Part shown: in pieces, positions 1 to 12,625 of the stretch
Numbering within the stretch: position 1 is the first letter of the stretch
Layout of the letters: every line of letters starts with the position of its first letter
NCBI GenBank assembly: GCA_904063045.1
Contig: CAJFCJ010000005.1
Location: 4,374,436-4,438,435 of the forward strand
From: Dimorphilus gyrociliatus
Taxonomy: Eukaryota; Animalia; Annelida
Length of the DNA stretch: 64,000 nucleotides
Direction of reading: 5' to 3'
Made by a program: the position numbers and the translations under genes
Notes under the pieces: generated by a model
Database searches by the model: none
The model's input: the letters and a program-made list of their open reading frames with translations, nothing else
What the model was told of the DNA's origin: nothing

Positions 1-562
1 CCAGTGATTTTGAGGTACATTGAATTGTGTTGTTTGGAGTAAGAGCACTATGAAGTGTAGCAGTGTATACAAACAGAGTAATAGGGAAAGTATGTCAAAA
101 AAAAAACCCGAATTAATGGGCGAAGAAACAGAGGACAGCGAAGCGGGAGTGCTGATAAGTAGGAGCGGAAATAGTTGAGGATGAGAAGGAAGACGACTAG
201 CAAAATCGACAAAAATCAAAAGAGAAATATAAATACATAGCGGACGATGTTGCAGTTATTCAATTACTTTCTCCTCCAGTTTTTTTTCCTTAAATAATAG
301 AGATAAAACAAGGGAAAATAGTTCTTTTTGCAGTGTTGTTGTCCGTTTAAATATGAATGAAATTTAGTTTATGTTTTTCTTTTTTGCATGATAAAGTAAT
401 TGTACTCTTCTTGTTTTCTCCCAGAGAAAGAGTCATTTCTTTCTCTTCTTTTTCCTTTGCATGTTAAACAAGAAACGCAAAAAAAAAAAAAAACAAAACA
501 AGTCCATCATACAAATCGAAAAGAAAAATATTAACTTTCTTCATAATTACTATTCTATTCAG

Positions 563-1663
563 AGGTCTAACAGTTTCCATTCTCAACCCGATGGTGACGC
601 TTCTATCAACAGGAGTAATAGGCCTAAGTATCAAGTATGTTTTTTTTTCTTCCCAATTATGATAAAATATGGAAAAAAAAGAGAATTAGAGTTTGAGAGT
701 GTTAAAACGAAAGATAAGCATTGTTTATCTGCCATTTTCCAGTCGTCCATCCTACCTACTATTCTATCTATAAATTCCGTATAGAAAAGTATCAAACACT
801 CGACCGGAAGAACGTAAATAGTTCTTGAAATATATATATGAAAATTACGATTGAAAACCTTTCAACTCTTTCCACTCCTTTCTCTCCTCTCCACAATTCT
901 CTCTCTTCCATTTTCCATTATCCCTTCTCACAACATCGTTTTAAAGATCTTATATGAAAAAGAAAAAAAAAAGCCTACGAAGATAATATTGCAGATGATG
1001 ATAAAAAAGAGAGGATAGGAAGAGTGAAAGATAGTTTAGTTTAATTATTTAATGGGAGGATTTTGTAGACAAAATGCCAATTGGTAATAAATAAATTATT
1101 GGAAATTCTATCCTATATCTCTTTCACTTTTTCACTCAAACTCTTTTTGCCTATCTATAAAATACAGTACATCTCTCTTTTCGTTCTCACCTGTTTGTAA
1201 TATAATCAGAAATCATACCTTTATTCAAATCTAATAATTATAACAATAAGAAAGAATATATTGGTTTGAATATATATTTTGTAGATATAGGCTTTTCTCT
1301 CTCTCTCTCTCTCTCTCTCTTTTTATATCTATATATATATATATTTATACATATATATTATAGATATAGATTTATTTGTGTATTGTTATTTCGAGCAATT
1401 TTCCTAATGAAGTTTTCGCAATTGCTTTTATTTATATTGAAAAGTAAACTAAAGGATATCCTATCGCGAATTATTCAGGTTTTGGGGCCTTTTGGAAATG
1501 GAGTATTGGGAATTTTTTCGTATTAAGTAAAGTAGACAGTAGTAATATTGGATATATATATATTTCAGATTAATTATTATACTTTATAAAATGTTTATTT
1601 ATCTTTTTCGAACATCTCTTTTTCATTCTTTTTCTCCATTTTCCGATCCTGTTTCTCTTACTA

Positions 1664-1696
<33 letters not shown>

Positions 1697-2253
1697 ATAC
1701 TAATACTAATACTACTACTCTTCATCATCGTCCTCCTCCATACTCTCTTTAGGAAGTAATGCGGAGACTCGTTAGCAGATTTATACATCAATGGAAAAAA
1801 CAAATGAGGCAGGACGGTGTGAACGAGGACGATCTATTGGAGATTAAACAGGATATCTCTTCGCTTAGATACGAACTAAGAGAGGATAGAAAAAGAGAAT
1901 CCGCTAGAACGAGTAGCCATATTGAAACTGTAAAAAGGGACGTTATAAGATCAATTCATCAGTCGAACCCTAGTATGGACCACGCGTGTGTTGTTGATCC
2001 AATGAGCGAGATAAGCCAAGCCGTCCATAGACCTCCTTCTCCCTCGTATGCCGCCTATAGTCCTCCCACGCTGAGTTTCCTCAATCCAAGCGAAATCGAC
2101 GCGCTTCGAAAGGAAATTATTATTGGTTTAAAGGCAGAAATACGTGAATTGGCTATGGAGATGGTTCGTGATAATGGCAACAACGCAGCGGCACCTAGTG
2201 CACCATCTTTAAATGCTGAATTGTATCACACTCATCTATACACTCAGTTGTAA
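563..2253 (+). CDS. TRPC: TRPC-family cation channel, last two coding exons (563-634, 1753-2253); the gene begins upstream of the window
   Basis: Phase-0 splice (GT 635, AG 1751-1752) gives ...RPKYQ|[44 protein letters not shown]..., matching the TRPC C-terminal rib helix and coiled coil (vertebrate TRPC3/6/7 [21 protein letters not shown]; TRPC4/5 YQEVMRNLVKRY). Stop TAA at 2251-2253. Family-level call only. Confidence 0.85.
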
Positions 2254-2550
2254 AATGAAATGAAAAGGAAAGAGGAGAAGCTTCACAGTATGCAATGGAC
2301 AATTTCAATTGATATACGAAAATATTATTCAACTTTATTATATCCTTTATCTGGCAGAGGATAGAGGATAAGAGGGACTATCTTAAACTGTATAGATATA
2401 GGAAAAACAGAGAGGATTATTCAAAATGAGAGGGAAAAAAATCTAGTCTTGAATCCATCCATAAGGGTAAAAGCTGTTGTTTTCGCTGTTGCTATTACTA
2501 CTTACTCGTATTACAACTATCATTTCAACATTTATTTAAATATAGATAAA

Positions 2551-2553
<3 letters not shown>

Positions 2554-2601
<48 letters not shown>
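2554..2601. repeat. (CT)n microsatellite, representative of many CT/AG runs across the window
   Basis: About 24 CT units read directly; similar runs near 1296, 7108, 11363, 14445, 14872, 18207. Confidence 0.95.
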
Positions 2602-2605
<4 letters not shown>

Positions 2606-3515
2606 GTGTCTTTCTCATATATGCAGTGTATATAGAAAAAAAAAACTGTACATCAATATACGAAACAAGTATTAAAATGTAATTAAAGGTTGATAAGATT
2701 TGCTTCAGTTTTATTCTGACATATCACGCAGAATGATTTTATGCAAATGAGAAAGATGAATTTAAATATATTTCCTTATGTTTCTTCTATATTTTCTGTT
2801 TGTATCATCTTCCACGTTACATCTCTTCTCACTAACAAAACAAATAAACAAATATGCATGGTTTTACTATAAGAATAGATTAGATATTTTCTATGTCTAT
2901 TAGTAAAGTAGTTGGAATTATAGAGGGGACAGTTTATAATTGTTTCTCTGAAGAGATGTTTAGTTGATTATTATCGTATAATTAAATGATTGATCTATTT
3001 TGGAGAAATGTATAAAAATGTCTATTGTAAGAATGATAACGACGATAATGATGCTGGTTATGATAATAACTATGATGTAAATGATACGGCATTGCTGGAC
3101 AAATGCTTTATGTAATGGGGCTGTTTTTTAATGCAGATGCTAATAACTCTATTATACTTATTTAACTATCGTACATTATACAGAATATACAATATACAAT
3201 TATACGTTATCTTATCACTGATAGTTGTTATCTATTGGATTTTCTTTCTATGTATATTAGTGTCTTTCTTCTTTATCCTCCTACTTGTCCTCCTCCTCCT
3301 TTCTCTTGTCTTAATCATATTTTGCTAACGATTGATGAGTCAATTGGGAGAAATTGTTCATATTTTCCCCTCTGTTAAAGTTCCCTATCTCATTTTCTAC
3401 TCAGTCATCTATATCTTGTTAATACTCTTTTTCATTCTAATCTACTAAATTCAATTATTACGTTTAATATATTTTATTTAAATAAAACGTATTCTTATTG
3501 CAGAGTATATAATAT

Positions 3516-3547
3516 AATACTGTAATACTGTAATACTGTAATACTGT
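3516..3547. repeat. (AATACTGT)x4 tandem repeat
   Basis: Four consecutive 8-mers read directly. Confidence 0.9.
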
Positions 3548-3700
3548 AAAAATATTCCAGAGTATTTTAAATTATTCTCTGGATTCTTTAGATATATACA
3601 GTATATAGTGTATATACATACATATATACTGTATATACAGTATACGTATTTATCTTGCTCTCTCTATCTTTTCGGTTGGTTTGCCTCTTTTTAACGGTTG

Positions 3701-6700
3701 CTACCTAAGCCTTGGCGATCTGGGAGTAATAGCCTGTTTGACGATATTTTCTTTGTATAAATCCCAGTTGGCTTTAGTCTGAGAGAAAAATATTCGATTA
3801 TCATCTAAAAATAGACGAGAATATTTAATTAGGATGAGAAACCTGTAAATTGTGTTGGAGAACCCGATGAGACGGATATAGGGTTAATATTTGCCTTAAA
3901 TGCTTCTTTACAAGATGATTAGCGTGCTTCATAAAAAACTTTTTTGACAGCATTACGCATTCTGCCCCTCTCGATATTAGGCTTACAGTAGGTTGGTTCC
4001 AATCGATGCAATCCTCAAAATCCAGGGATGAGAGACCCTGAAGCGTTAAAAAATAAAACAAAATTTATCCGACAATTTATAAGCCTAGAAAAGAGGGATC
4101 AAGGGGTTTCTCTTTCTCTTTGTAGGCGTTTTTTGTTTTCTTAAATATACTAATACACATTAGTATCTATATAAACATAGAGTATACTGTAATACTGTAT
4201 ATACAGTAAATACAGGCACCTGAATAGATTTGAAAACATGCTTTAAAATTAAAATATGCTATCAACTTACGAAAACGTCCCTAGGCTTTAAATGGTCAAC
4301 TTGCACGAACGTTGTCTCAACTTCCTTTTCTCGTTCCGGTCTTTCCGTTTCGGCGCTCATTGGTATATTTCGTTTCTATTGAGCGCGAAAAGGAAGACAG
4401 ACAAAGATTGAAAGTGAAAAATGATAAGATTTCAATTGGAGAAGAAAAAAAACCACTCACGAAATGAGCTTTGGAATGTTTTCTAATTCTGTTGAAATTC
4501 TCTAGAGTTGATCTATCTTTACTGTCTTTAACGAAAGACGGCAGGGATTTTGCCGATTTAATTGGCGTTGACGACCGAACCTAAAAATTATCATTATTAT
4601 TTCAAAAGTAACAACTAGCAATTATCTAGTGCCAAACAGTGTTCTACAATATTATTATCTCTTTTTTCTTGACTATAGGCGAAAGGTGAATAAAAGAGAG
4701 AAAGAGAAAGAGATCGAGGGAGAGTGGGTGAGCGATAGAGAAGGAGAGACAGAGAGAGCTAAGAGAGACCGACTGAAGGAAAGAGTATGGTTTCCTATAT
4801 AATCTATATAAAAGTAATATAATAAAGTCTCTCTAGCTGTCTATCTATCTATCTGTCTATCTATCTATCTCCCCCTCTCACTGTCTCGATCTCTATCTCT
4901 CCCTTCTTTCTTCCCTTTATCTTATAAATATAAAATATACATAAGCTGACAGTGAATTCAGTATACGAATTCGGCCTATTTAGCATATTAATACAAACAA
5001 TATTTAGAAACCTTTATCAAGTCATTATATTGAGTTATTGCCCTTTTTAATTCCATAGGAAATTTTCCAACCATCGTATAGCTGCGCTTTATTCCAGAAT
5101 CGATTTTTGGTTCTGTTTTATTTCATAAAAATTGTCTATATACATATATTATAACAAGAATTAGTGAAACGTTCATTCTATTATAGCATATATACGGGTC
5201 TATCGCTAATGTATGCGATAATAATATCCTATAAATCCTTATGATATCTTAAGAGGAAGAAGAAGGATTATTTGTTGAAAAAATGATCAACTGATCTTTT
5301 CCTTCTCATCTCCTTCTCTTCTAATATTACTTATTACTTATTCGCTTTATCTTCGGTTGCCTAATAAATTTCTTACCCATTTGCCCGCTACCCGATAGTT
5401 TTGGTAGTAAAGGTACTTCTCGGTCGTATTTCGTCTTCGCCGTCTTCTTGACTCGACCAACAACCGATTTCAATTGCGTAATCACTTGACACGAGCCCTG
5501 AATAAAAATCAATTCATCATTTCTCTTTCACATTCCGGTGCTCCCTGTTTTTTTTCCTTTTGGACAAAACTCACCGATTTCACTATATAAATCCAATCTG
5601 ATTTTCTGCTATCCTCTATTATAACCACTCCTCTTCTAAGATTATATACAAAAAACATATACAACATAACTATATAGACTCTATATATAAATATCTGTTA
5701 CTTGAAGAAGTGAAAGAGACAATATTCTGGATGATCGAGGAGGATTTCTATAGGCCAGTTCTTCATAAATTCTATGGACCTAAACAACGAGAAGGAAAAG
5801 GAGAGGCAGAAAATGAAAGAGATAGTAGAGTGAAGCGAAATTGTTGAATTAAAAGAAAAGATAATAAAGGAAAAGGATAGGGAGAGGGAGAGAGAGGGAA
5901 AAAAAAATACTATTAGGCTTGATATTCCATATAATACTTTATACTGTATAATACAGTCAATGCGGTGTTTGTTTGGCGGGAAAAGGATAATGGTTTTTAC
6001 TTGAGAAATCGTATGTGTTGCGGTATATCTCCTGGATTTTGTCCACTCATGAAAATATCAAAGAAATCTTCCCTCTCAATTGCCAACACCTGAACTGTGC
6101 CTTGACTAGTAACCGTTGCCGTTCTCTTCGAACGATGTAACAGCGCCAATTCACCGAAACTTGCTCCCCTTCTCATTATGCCTACAGTTCTTATACATAT
6201 TTCTCCGCTTGAAGTTTTCTTTTCAATGATACTAACGGCCGCTGTTTACAATTGCTTAATTAGTCGCAATAGTTGAACTTGGAATAGAGAAGAAAGTAGG
6301 AAAAGGTGACTAAGAGAGAAAAGGGTTTCTGACCTGCTCCTGAAAGAATAAAGTAAAAATTTTCGGCGTAATGACCCTGTCTTATTATGACCCGAGAACC
6401 TGGTATTCTGCCAAGGGATGAAGGGATAAAAAAAATTGTATGACGTTTACTAAACGTGTCCTCATTTCTATTAAAAAGCTTTACGTTTGCAGCCTGGCAA
6501 CCCTGCATAGTTTCTCTTGCATATGTAAAGGATATTCGACGAACGATCTTAGATTTTGAAGTCCGTATAAAACTATTTGAAGTTGGTCGTTGGTTCTTTG
6601 CTCCGGGGGTAGACTTAGAATGTGTTGAACTTCCGAGCTTAGAGTGACCTTAACGAGGAGAAGGAGATGAGAAAGGAGTAAAATGGTAAAACAATTAAAA

Positions 6701-8897
6701 AACCAACTTCTGTTTTTGCTTTATAAAAGCTGACGTCAAAACTTAAACCGGACTTTTGTAAATCCGAAGAGTAATTTAACGCTGCTAAATCAGTAAAAGT
6801 AGCATATTTTTCTCTTTGATCATCGCTATCCTTTTTCCTAGAAAAGAAAGAAAGTATAAAGGACCAACATATTAAATAAAGAAAAGAATAATAACAAGAC
6901 TATTTATTTACGGATAAGAATTTAAGAAAAGAGAAGGTAAAGTTACTTTAATCATTACTAACATTTCATTCAAACAGGATATCCATTTTTGAACGTTCAC
7001 TATTTTCTTTGTGGCTTTACGAAATCTTTCTCTAGCCTGAAGACAAATAAAAATAATTTTTAATCTTGTACTATTTTCAATCCTTCTGCCTTTCTTTCTT
7101 TATTTCTTTCTCTCTCTCTCTCTCTCTCTCTCTTTCACTCTTTTTTTATAGATTTTATTTGTTTATTCTCTACCATTTTCTTAAGCTTATTCCTGTTAAA
7201 ATTTTTAATTATTTGCTCTTTTTCTTCGTTAGTTTGTTGTTCTATTTGAAGACTATCTGCTCGACGTCTAGACATTTGCGTTAAAATCTCTGCTGGTCTA
7301 ATATTATTATTATTTTTATTAATGTTCATGTTCTGGCATTGCTGTGCGACTGTTAACGGCTCATTCAAAATCCTCGTTGGCCTACGTAATTTGTTCAATT
7401 TTGCATCGGATGATGTTTGGATCATTGGTAAGCCAGATTTCGAATTGGTCCTCTCTAAACGTCTACGTAACGAGACGAGCGACTTTTTACGCTTGAATTC
7501 GTAGCTCATCGGCGGAAAGTTGACCTCCGACTCTTTCTTCTCCGGCTCCTTAACCTTTTCCTCTACGTCCTGTTCTTTTTTATGTGTTGTCGACTCTAGT
7601 TGACAAACAACCGCGTCAATCCTCTCTTCCGACGACGACATTGTCCGAACGAGAGCGGCTGTTCTCATTAATTGAGTAGAACTTCCGGTATACGACGTTT
7701 CCACTACTTGCCTCTCCCATTCGCTACCGAATGTTCCCGTTACGGCAGCAATTTCTAATAAACTTTGAACGTCTTCCCCAACCGACATGTTGTTTGTGTG
7801 GCTGAATTGTCTTCTTTTATTTTCCACTTATTTTCGCACTGTTATTCTCTATAACTGTTGATTTTTGTTTCGAACCTCCTTCTCCTCCTCATCCGCCCCC
7901 TCCTCCTCTCTTCTTCGGTTTTTGTCTTCGTGTATTATATCGGAATATAAACAAATGAAAACAGCCAGGAATAAATCCAATATTAATCCGATAACAGGGT
8001 CTGTCGGTCGATTAGTTTGAACTAACTCTAAAGCCTACACGGTTATTAAATCGTCGTCCTCTCTGACAATTAATCTAGCAGTTGAACGCGCCGCTGATCG
8101 TTTCCCATTCAAATGACAGCTTTGTCGCTTTCACCACAACATTAACGTGATTTTTTCAAGTAGCTAGGCCTAGGTCATTCTAGTAGGGATTTACCTTACG
8201 CAATTGGCAATTGTTACTGTACCTTTTTACGGCGAACCTCCAAAGCTATTTGATAGATTTTCGGTGTCTTGAAAGATTTCGGTATATTTAACGGTAGATC
8301 GTAGATACCCATACTGACTTTCTCTTCCAACTTTAAATCTCTCATCTTTGACCATAATGATAGTTTTCCTTGTTCAGTTTTAGGCCTAGTTTTCACACTC
8401 CTACCTAGTTCATTTCCGTCATCTACCGCTTCCCTTTGTGGTTCCTTTTGTTTGAAACCTATAGTGGTTTGGTTCAAGTTTCTATTAGGCAAGACTGGAC
8501 AAGTTTCGCCCTTATTTTCTATAGAAAACAAATGAATAACATTATTAAAAAAGAAGCCAAGAAGAGAAGAAGGAAAGAAGAAAGAATAAATAAAAAAAAA
8601 CACTTAAAGTTTGGCCGATAAATGATATATTTGATTGATTGATATTTCATATTTTACTAGCTAGTGCATTAAATATATTCTACCTTCCTTCGGTCTCCAT
8701 TTTAGTAACCTTTCTTTTAATCTTTTCCTCTTCTCGCGCTGCCTAGCCTCCTTATCCTGCTCAGGCGAAGGTGTCTTCCTCTGTTCGTCGTCGATACATT
8801 CTTCAGGATCGCCTTTCGGTTTACTATAAAGTCTGGCTAGTAGGGTAATACGGTCGACCGAACTGCTAAACTCGTCGTACTCTTCTACCTTGGCCAT
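3701..8897 (-). CDS. Cyclic nucleotide-binding domain protein with two cNMP-binding domains (CNBD2-like)
   Basis: Frame-continuous exon chain with GT-AG sites: 7036-6963, 6837-6708, 6648-6485, 6407-6334, 6241-6001, 5779-5702, 5635-5575, 5497-5338, 5112-5012, 4580-4461, 4375-4271, 4037-3843, 3778-3701 (TAG). First domain: RVIIRQGHYAENFYFILSG...GASFGELALLHRSKRTATV. Second domain: GVVIIEDSRKSDWIYIVKSGSC...LKPRDVFG. The 5' end is either 8897-8684 + 8518-8223 or 7788-7174; both end in phase 0. Confidence 0.85.
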
Positions 8898-11102
8898 AAT
8901 TTTCAATCGGAAGAGAGCTGATAATAGGAGGTGGAGGAGGACGAGGAGGAGAAGGAGGAGAAGAAGAAGGACAAAGAAGATGATGGTATGAAGAGTTATA
9001 GAAGGAAAAGAGGAAAAATTAGCTTGTCCTATTAGAGAGAGAAAGGGAAGAAGACAGAGAAAAATTCCTCCTGAACAACACAAAAAAAGAGAGCGATCAA
9101 TGTGTGATTTGTTAACGGCAACCAATTCGAATTATAAATAAGCAGTTCTTAAAAAGTAAATATTCCAAATTCAAATAATTTAATATTGATTATATAAGCT
9201 TTCATATAAATTTCATTCATTCATTCATTCACTCGTTCATTTATTCATTCAATCATTCACGTAATTAGTCAATCAATCAATCACTTTTCCATAAAGATAA
9301 TGAAGATGATAAGAAATTTAAAGATATCTTTTGTTTTTTTGTTGTTTTTTTTTTTTCTATTTTCTCATCCTATACTTTTAATTTTAGAGGATAAAACACG
9401 AATTTTACGGTGACGACGACTCTGATGGTGTTGGAATGGAAACATTTCGAAAACTTTGTGGTTGGGGAGGAAGGGACTATAGATTATTCCTTTTGCATTA
9501 AATACAAAGAGTTTTGCAGAATGAAAAGATGATAACAGGATAACAAGGATTATTACATATTTAGGACAGCCACCCTCCTCCCCCTCCCTCCATATGAAAA
9601 TGAGGCAACATTGAATAAGGCGATAAAGGCGAATATCGCAATTGTTCTATTTTTAACGCCTACTATTCTTCAGTTGTGTTCAACATGTGCTTTCTCTTAT
9701 TACATGCATACGGAATAACTAATCCACGTGCTAAGAGAGTGATTATTTGATAAACGACCTGTTGAATCATAATGAGATGACAAATGATTTCTTTTTAAAA
9801 ACAATAAATTCAATGACCTATTCAAAAACGAATTTTGTCCATCAGCTAATGGACGACGACGATCTCGAGTGTTGTCCAGACAACGAACAATCGTGTAACC
9901 AGAATCCATTACGCTTCTATAACGCCTCTTCTAGCAGTCAAATCGTATTAATAAAATTTCATATAAAATATATATTATTCAATTTTTCTGTTTTTCTTTT
10001 TCAATCATTTCAAATCATTAATTCATTCTGTTCATATTAGAAAAAATTAGGCCTAAATCCAATTGAATTATCTCTTGAAACGATTTTTTCAGTTTAATCT
10101 TGTCATTTGTCGATATGAAATCAACTGATTGAACTCTTCCTTCTATGAGGAGGATTTGTTTTCTCCTCTCTCTCTCTCTCTTTCTCTCCCTCTTTAATTC
10201 CATATTTATTAAGTTTATTCTTTGGGAAAATTGTAAATAATTGTTCATTTTAGACCTTTTCTCTCCGCCCACCCCCACCCCCACCCCACTCTCTCTCTAT
10301 CTCTTCTCTCTCTTTCTCGTGTCTGGGTTCCCTTAGAATCTATTAATGAAACTTTATTGCCGTCTCCCTTATTAGATCAACAGTTTTTATTTGCTGTTAG
10401 TTTGTCAGCGATCTTAAACATCTTAAAGGAGGTGTGGGTGGGTTTTTACCTTTTCACTACATATATATATAAAGTATAATTCTTCTAGCTTATTCGATTT
10501 TCGAGTTGATTGAAGAAAAAAAAATGAACAAATGGATTTGAAAAGAAGAGAAAAACTTTCATTATTTATTCCATTTTTAAAAGGTCACGTTTAATACAAT
10601 TCACTTTTCTCTAATAGGAAAATGTTTTCACCATTTCACTCTTATTATTCACTTTCCTCCTTCTAAACACGGAATATTTGAGAAAGGCGTTGTCCATGTC
10701 TTCATGGATAAAAACAGATAGTTTATCAATTTTAATCAATACAATTTATTCTAAATATCTTATGACAGCCGGCATACGTTTGTTCTCTTTATAATCAATT
10801 TTCAATCCGTCACCTAGTTTATTTTTTATTTCCTTTACTTTACGTTTCCTGTTGTAATACGTCATCCTTTTACTTTCTAACTATAAAGTGTTTAATACTC
10901 CTTTAAGTCTTTATTACTTTAACTTGGGAAAGAGAAGGGCAAAAGCGCGGCTACTTCTTTTACCCTAGAAAGGAAGGCAGGAAGGAAGGAAGGATGAAAT
11001 AGAAAAGAGAACTATGTAGAAAAGAAAGATGATTGAAAAGTGGATAATAAATAAGAGAGAGATTGATTTTTAAATGAAATTTATTGAAATTGAAAGAGCA
11101 GT

Positions 11103-11356
11103 TTAAGCGTGTTTCAAGATGTTGTAGTAGCAGTTGGAGGAACCATTTTCGTGGCAAGCAGTCTCGTCAACTGGACAACAGTCGTGTTCATCTCCTCTGA
11201 TTGATGGACAGCATTTGAATCCGGCGTTGCAACAACCAGAAACGGTTGGCTCGTGCCAGCAGCAAATCTGACTGCCTGGTTGGCAAAAGTTGTCGGCGGG
11301 ACATCCCCATGCTCTGGTTGTGGTTGGAAGAGTGGTGGCTGCAAAAGGCAAAGAGT

Positions 11357-11396
<40 letters not shown>

Positions 11397-11451
11397 ACTT
11401 ACTGCAATAAGCGACAGCAACGAGAGCGGCGAGAGCAATCAACAATTTCAT
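11103..11451 (-). CDS. Small secreted 12-Cys granulin-like protein, copy A (exons 11451-11403, 11338-11103)
   Basis: Signal peptide MKLLIALAALVAVAYC, phase-1 GT-AG intron, then TTTLPTTTRAWGCPADNFCQPGSQICCWHEPTVSGCCNAGFKCCPSIRGDEHDCCPVDETACHENGSSNCYYNILKHA*. The gene model is solid; the granulin relationship is inferred from Cys order. Confidence 0.85.
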
Positions 11452-11528
11452 TTTTGGTTTGATTTGTAGTTCCTTGTACACTGCTACTAAAGAGTCAGAA
11501 ATGGATAATTAGTTCATTCAACCCGTTC

Positions 11529-11536
11529 CTTTTATA
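11529..11536 (-). promoter_or_regulatory. Candidate TATA box of granulin-like copy A
   Basis: TATAAAAG on the minus strand about 80 nt upstream of the ATG; identical in the duplicate at 36065-36072. Confidence 0.55.
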
Positions 11537-11905
11537 ATACTGAAATTTCAATGGGAAATGGCAGATAATAGATTTCGCTTTATCTTTATGTTGTTTTAAC
11601 TTTGACTGATCAAATTTCCACTATTAATAACATTTACACATTCTCTCCATCCATCTACTTTATTCTTTTTGAACAAAAAATAAAAAAAAAAAGAATTGAA
11701 TTATTTTTTTTTTCTTGAAAAAGAAATTCTTTTTTAATGACATCTGCTTCCTCACATAAAGTATACTTTATGCTTATCTTTGCAATTTTTACCTTTCTTC
11801 TTCATCCTTTCTATTCTTACTTTCTCTTTTTCAACGTACGATAGTTACATTCTGCCTTTGCCTTTTTGATATACTTTTAATCTTTGTCAGATATATAGCT
11901 ATACT

Positions 11906-11936
<31 letters not shown>

Positions 11937-12170
11937 TTATATATACTGTGTATTGCATTTTTATGCATGCATATATTATTGCTCTTTGCCATTCTCTTAG
12001 CTTTAGAATCTTTCATTTTCTATTCATATATTTGCCTATATCGTAGTTGTGTTCTCTCTTTCTCTCCAACTTTCTTTTTCGTTTTTCGACCTATCACTAG
12101 GCCTAATCAGCCAAAAAAAAAATTACTTCGACAGTTGGAATTTAAACGACATTTTGAAAAGAAAGAAGTT

Positions 12171-12625
12171 ATGACAATCAAGAAAGTTACTTTTCTTCTA
12201 GCTCTCTTTTCTCTTCTATACATTCTGAAGTTTTCGGGCAAGTTTAACTTTTTCCCCTCCACCCCTCGGCTTATTGGACAAACTTCTTATTAAAGCTTCC
12301 TTTACATATGATATTATATTCTAGTGCATTTATTTCTTTGTTTAAAGTTATCGGTTATTTTTGAAAGTATTATATTACAGAGTCTGCTTCGACCACTCCT
12401 CAATTTTACAATTGTCGACCTAACAACCCTTGCTCGTCGTCCGGTCAAGTTTGCTGCTGGGAAGAAGATGTTGTAGCGGGATGTTGCGAACCAGGATTTA
12501 GATGTTGCCCTTCGCAAACAGGAGACAATCACGACTGCTGTCCGGATTCTCAAGGTGTTTGTCACGAGAGTGGGGGAGCGTATTGTTATTTGGCGAAACT
12601 TGTTAACAAAAGAGGAAATTTTTAA
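12171..12625 (+). CDS. Small secreted granulin-like protein, copy B (exons 12171-12237, 12381-12625; GC-AG intron); absent from the ORF track
   Basis: Exon 2 reads SASTTPQFYNCRPNNPCSSSGQVCCWEEDVVAGCCEPGFRCCPSQTGDNHDCCPDSQGVCHESGGAYCYLAKLVNKRGNF*. Best exon 1 is MTIKKVTFLLALFSLLYILKFS ending G|GCAAGT. Exon 2 is certain; exon 1 is less so because another hydrophobic start exists at 11967. Confidence 0.8.

Larger units (their letters stand above)
11004..11671. repeat. Inverted repeat, arm 1 (668 bp; partner at 35930-36593)
   Basis: The reverse complement matches 35930-36593 almost base for base across promoter, both exons, intron and 3' UTR. The 4-nt length difference lies in the intronic CT microsatellite. 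Confidence 0.95.

Noticed and set aside
1266-3328. Hydrophobic LSLSLS / IYIY ORFs here and throughout (e.g. 7066, 13148, 16515)
   Set aside because: Translations of CT/AT microsatellites and AT-rich non-coding DNA, with no splice or homology support.
11114-11462. Overlapping ORFs 11114-11344, 11253-11462 and their mirrors 36132-36344, 36163-36483
   Set aside because: Shadow frames of the granulin-like genes. They are conserved only because the DNA is duplicated.
12314-12565. Minus-strand 83-aa ORF
   Set aside because: Antisense shadow of granulin-like copy B exon 2, which is on the + strand.
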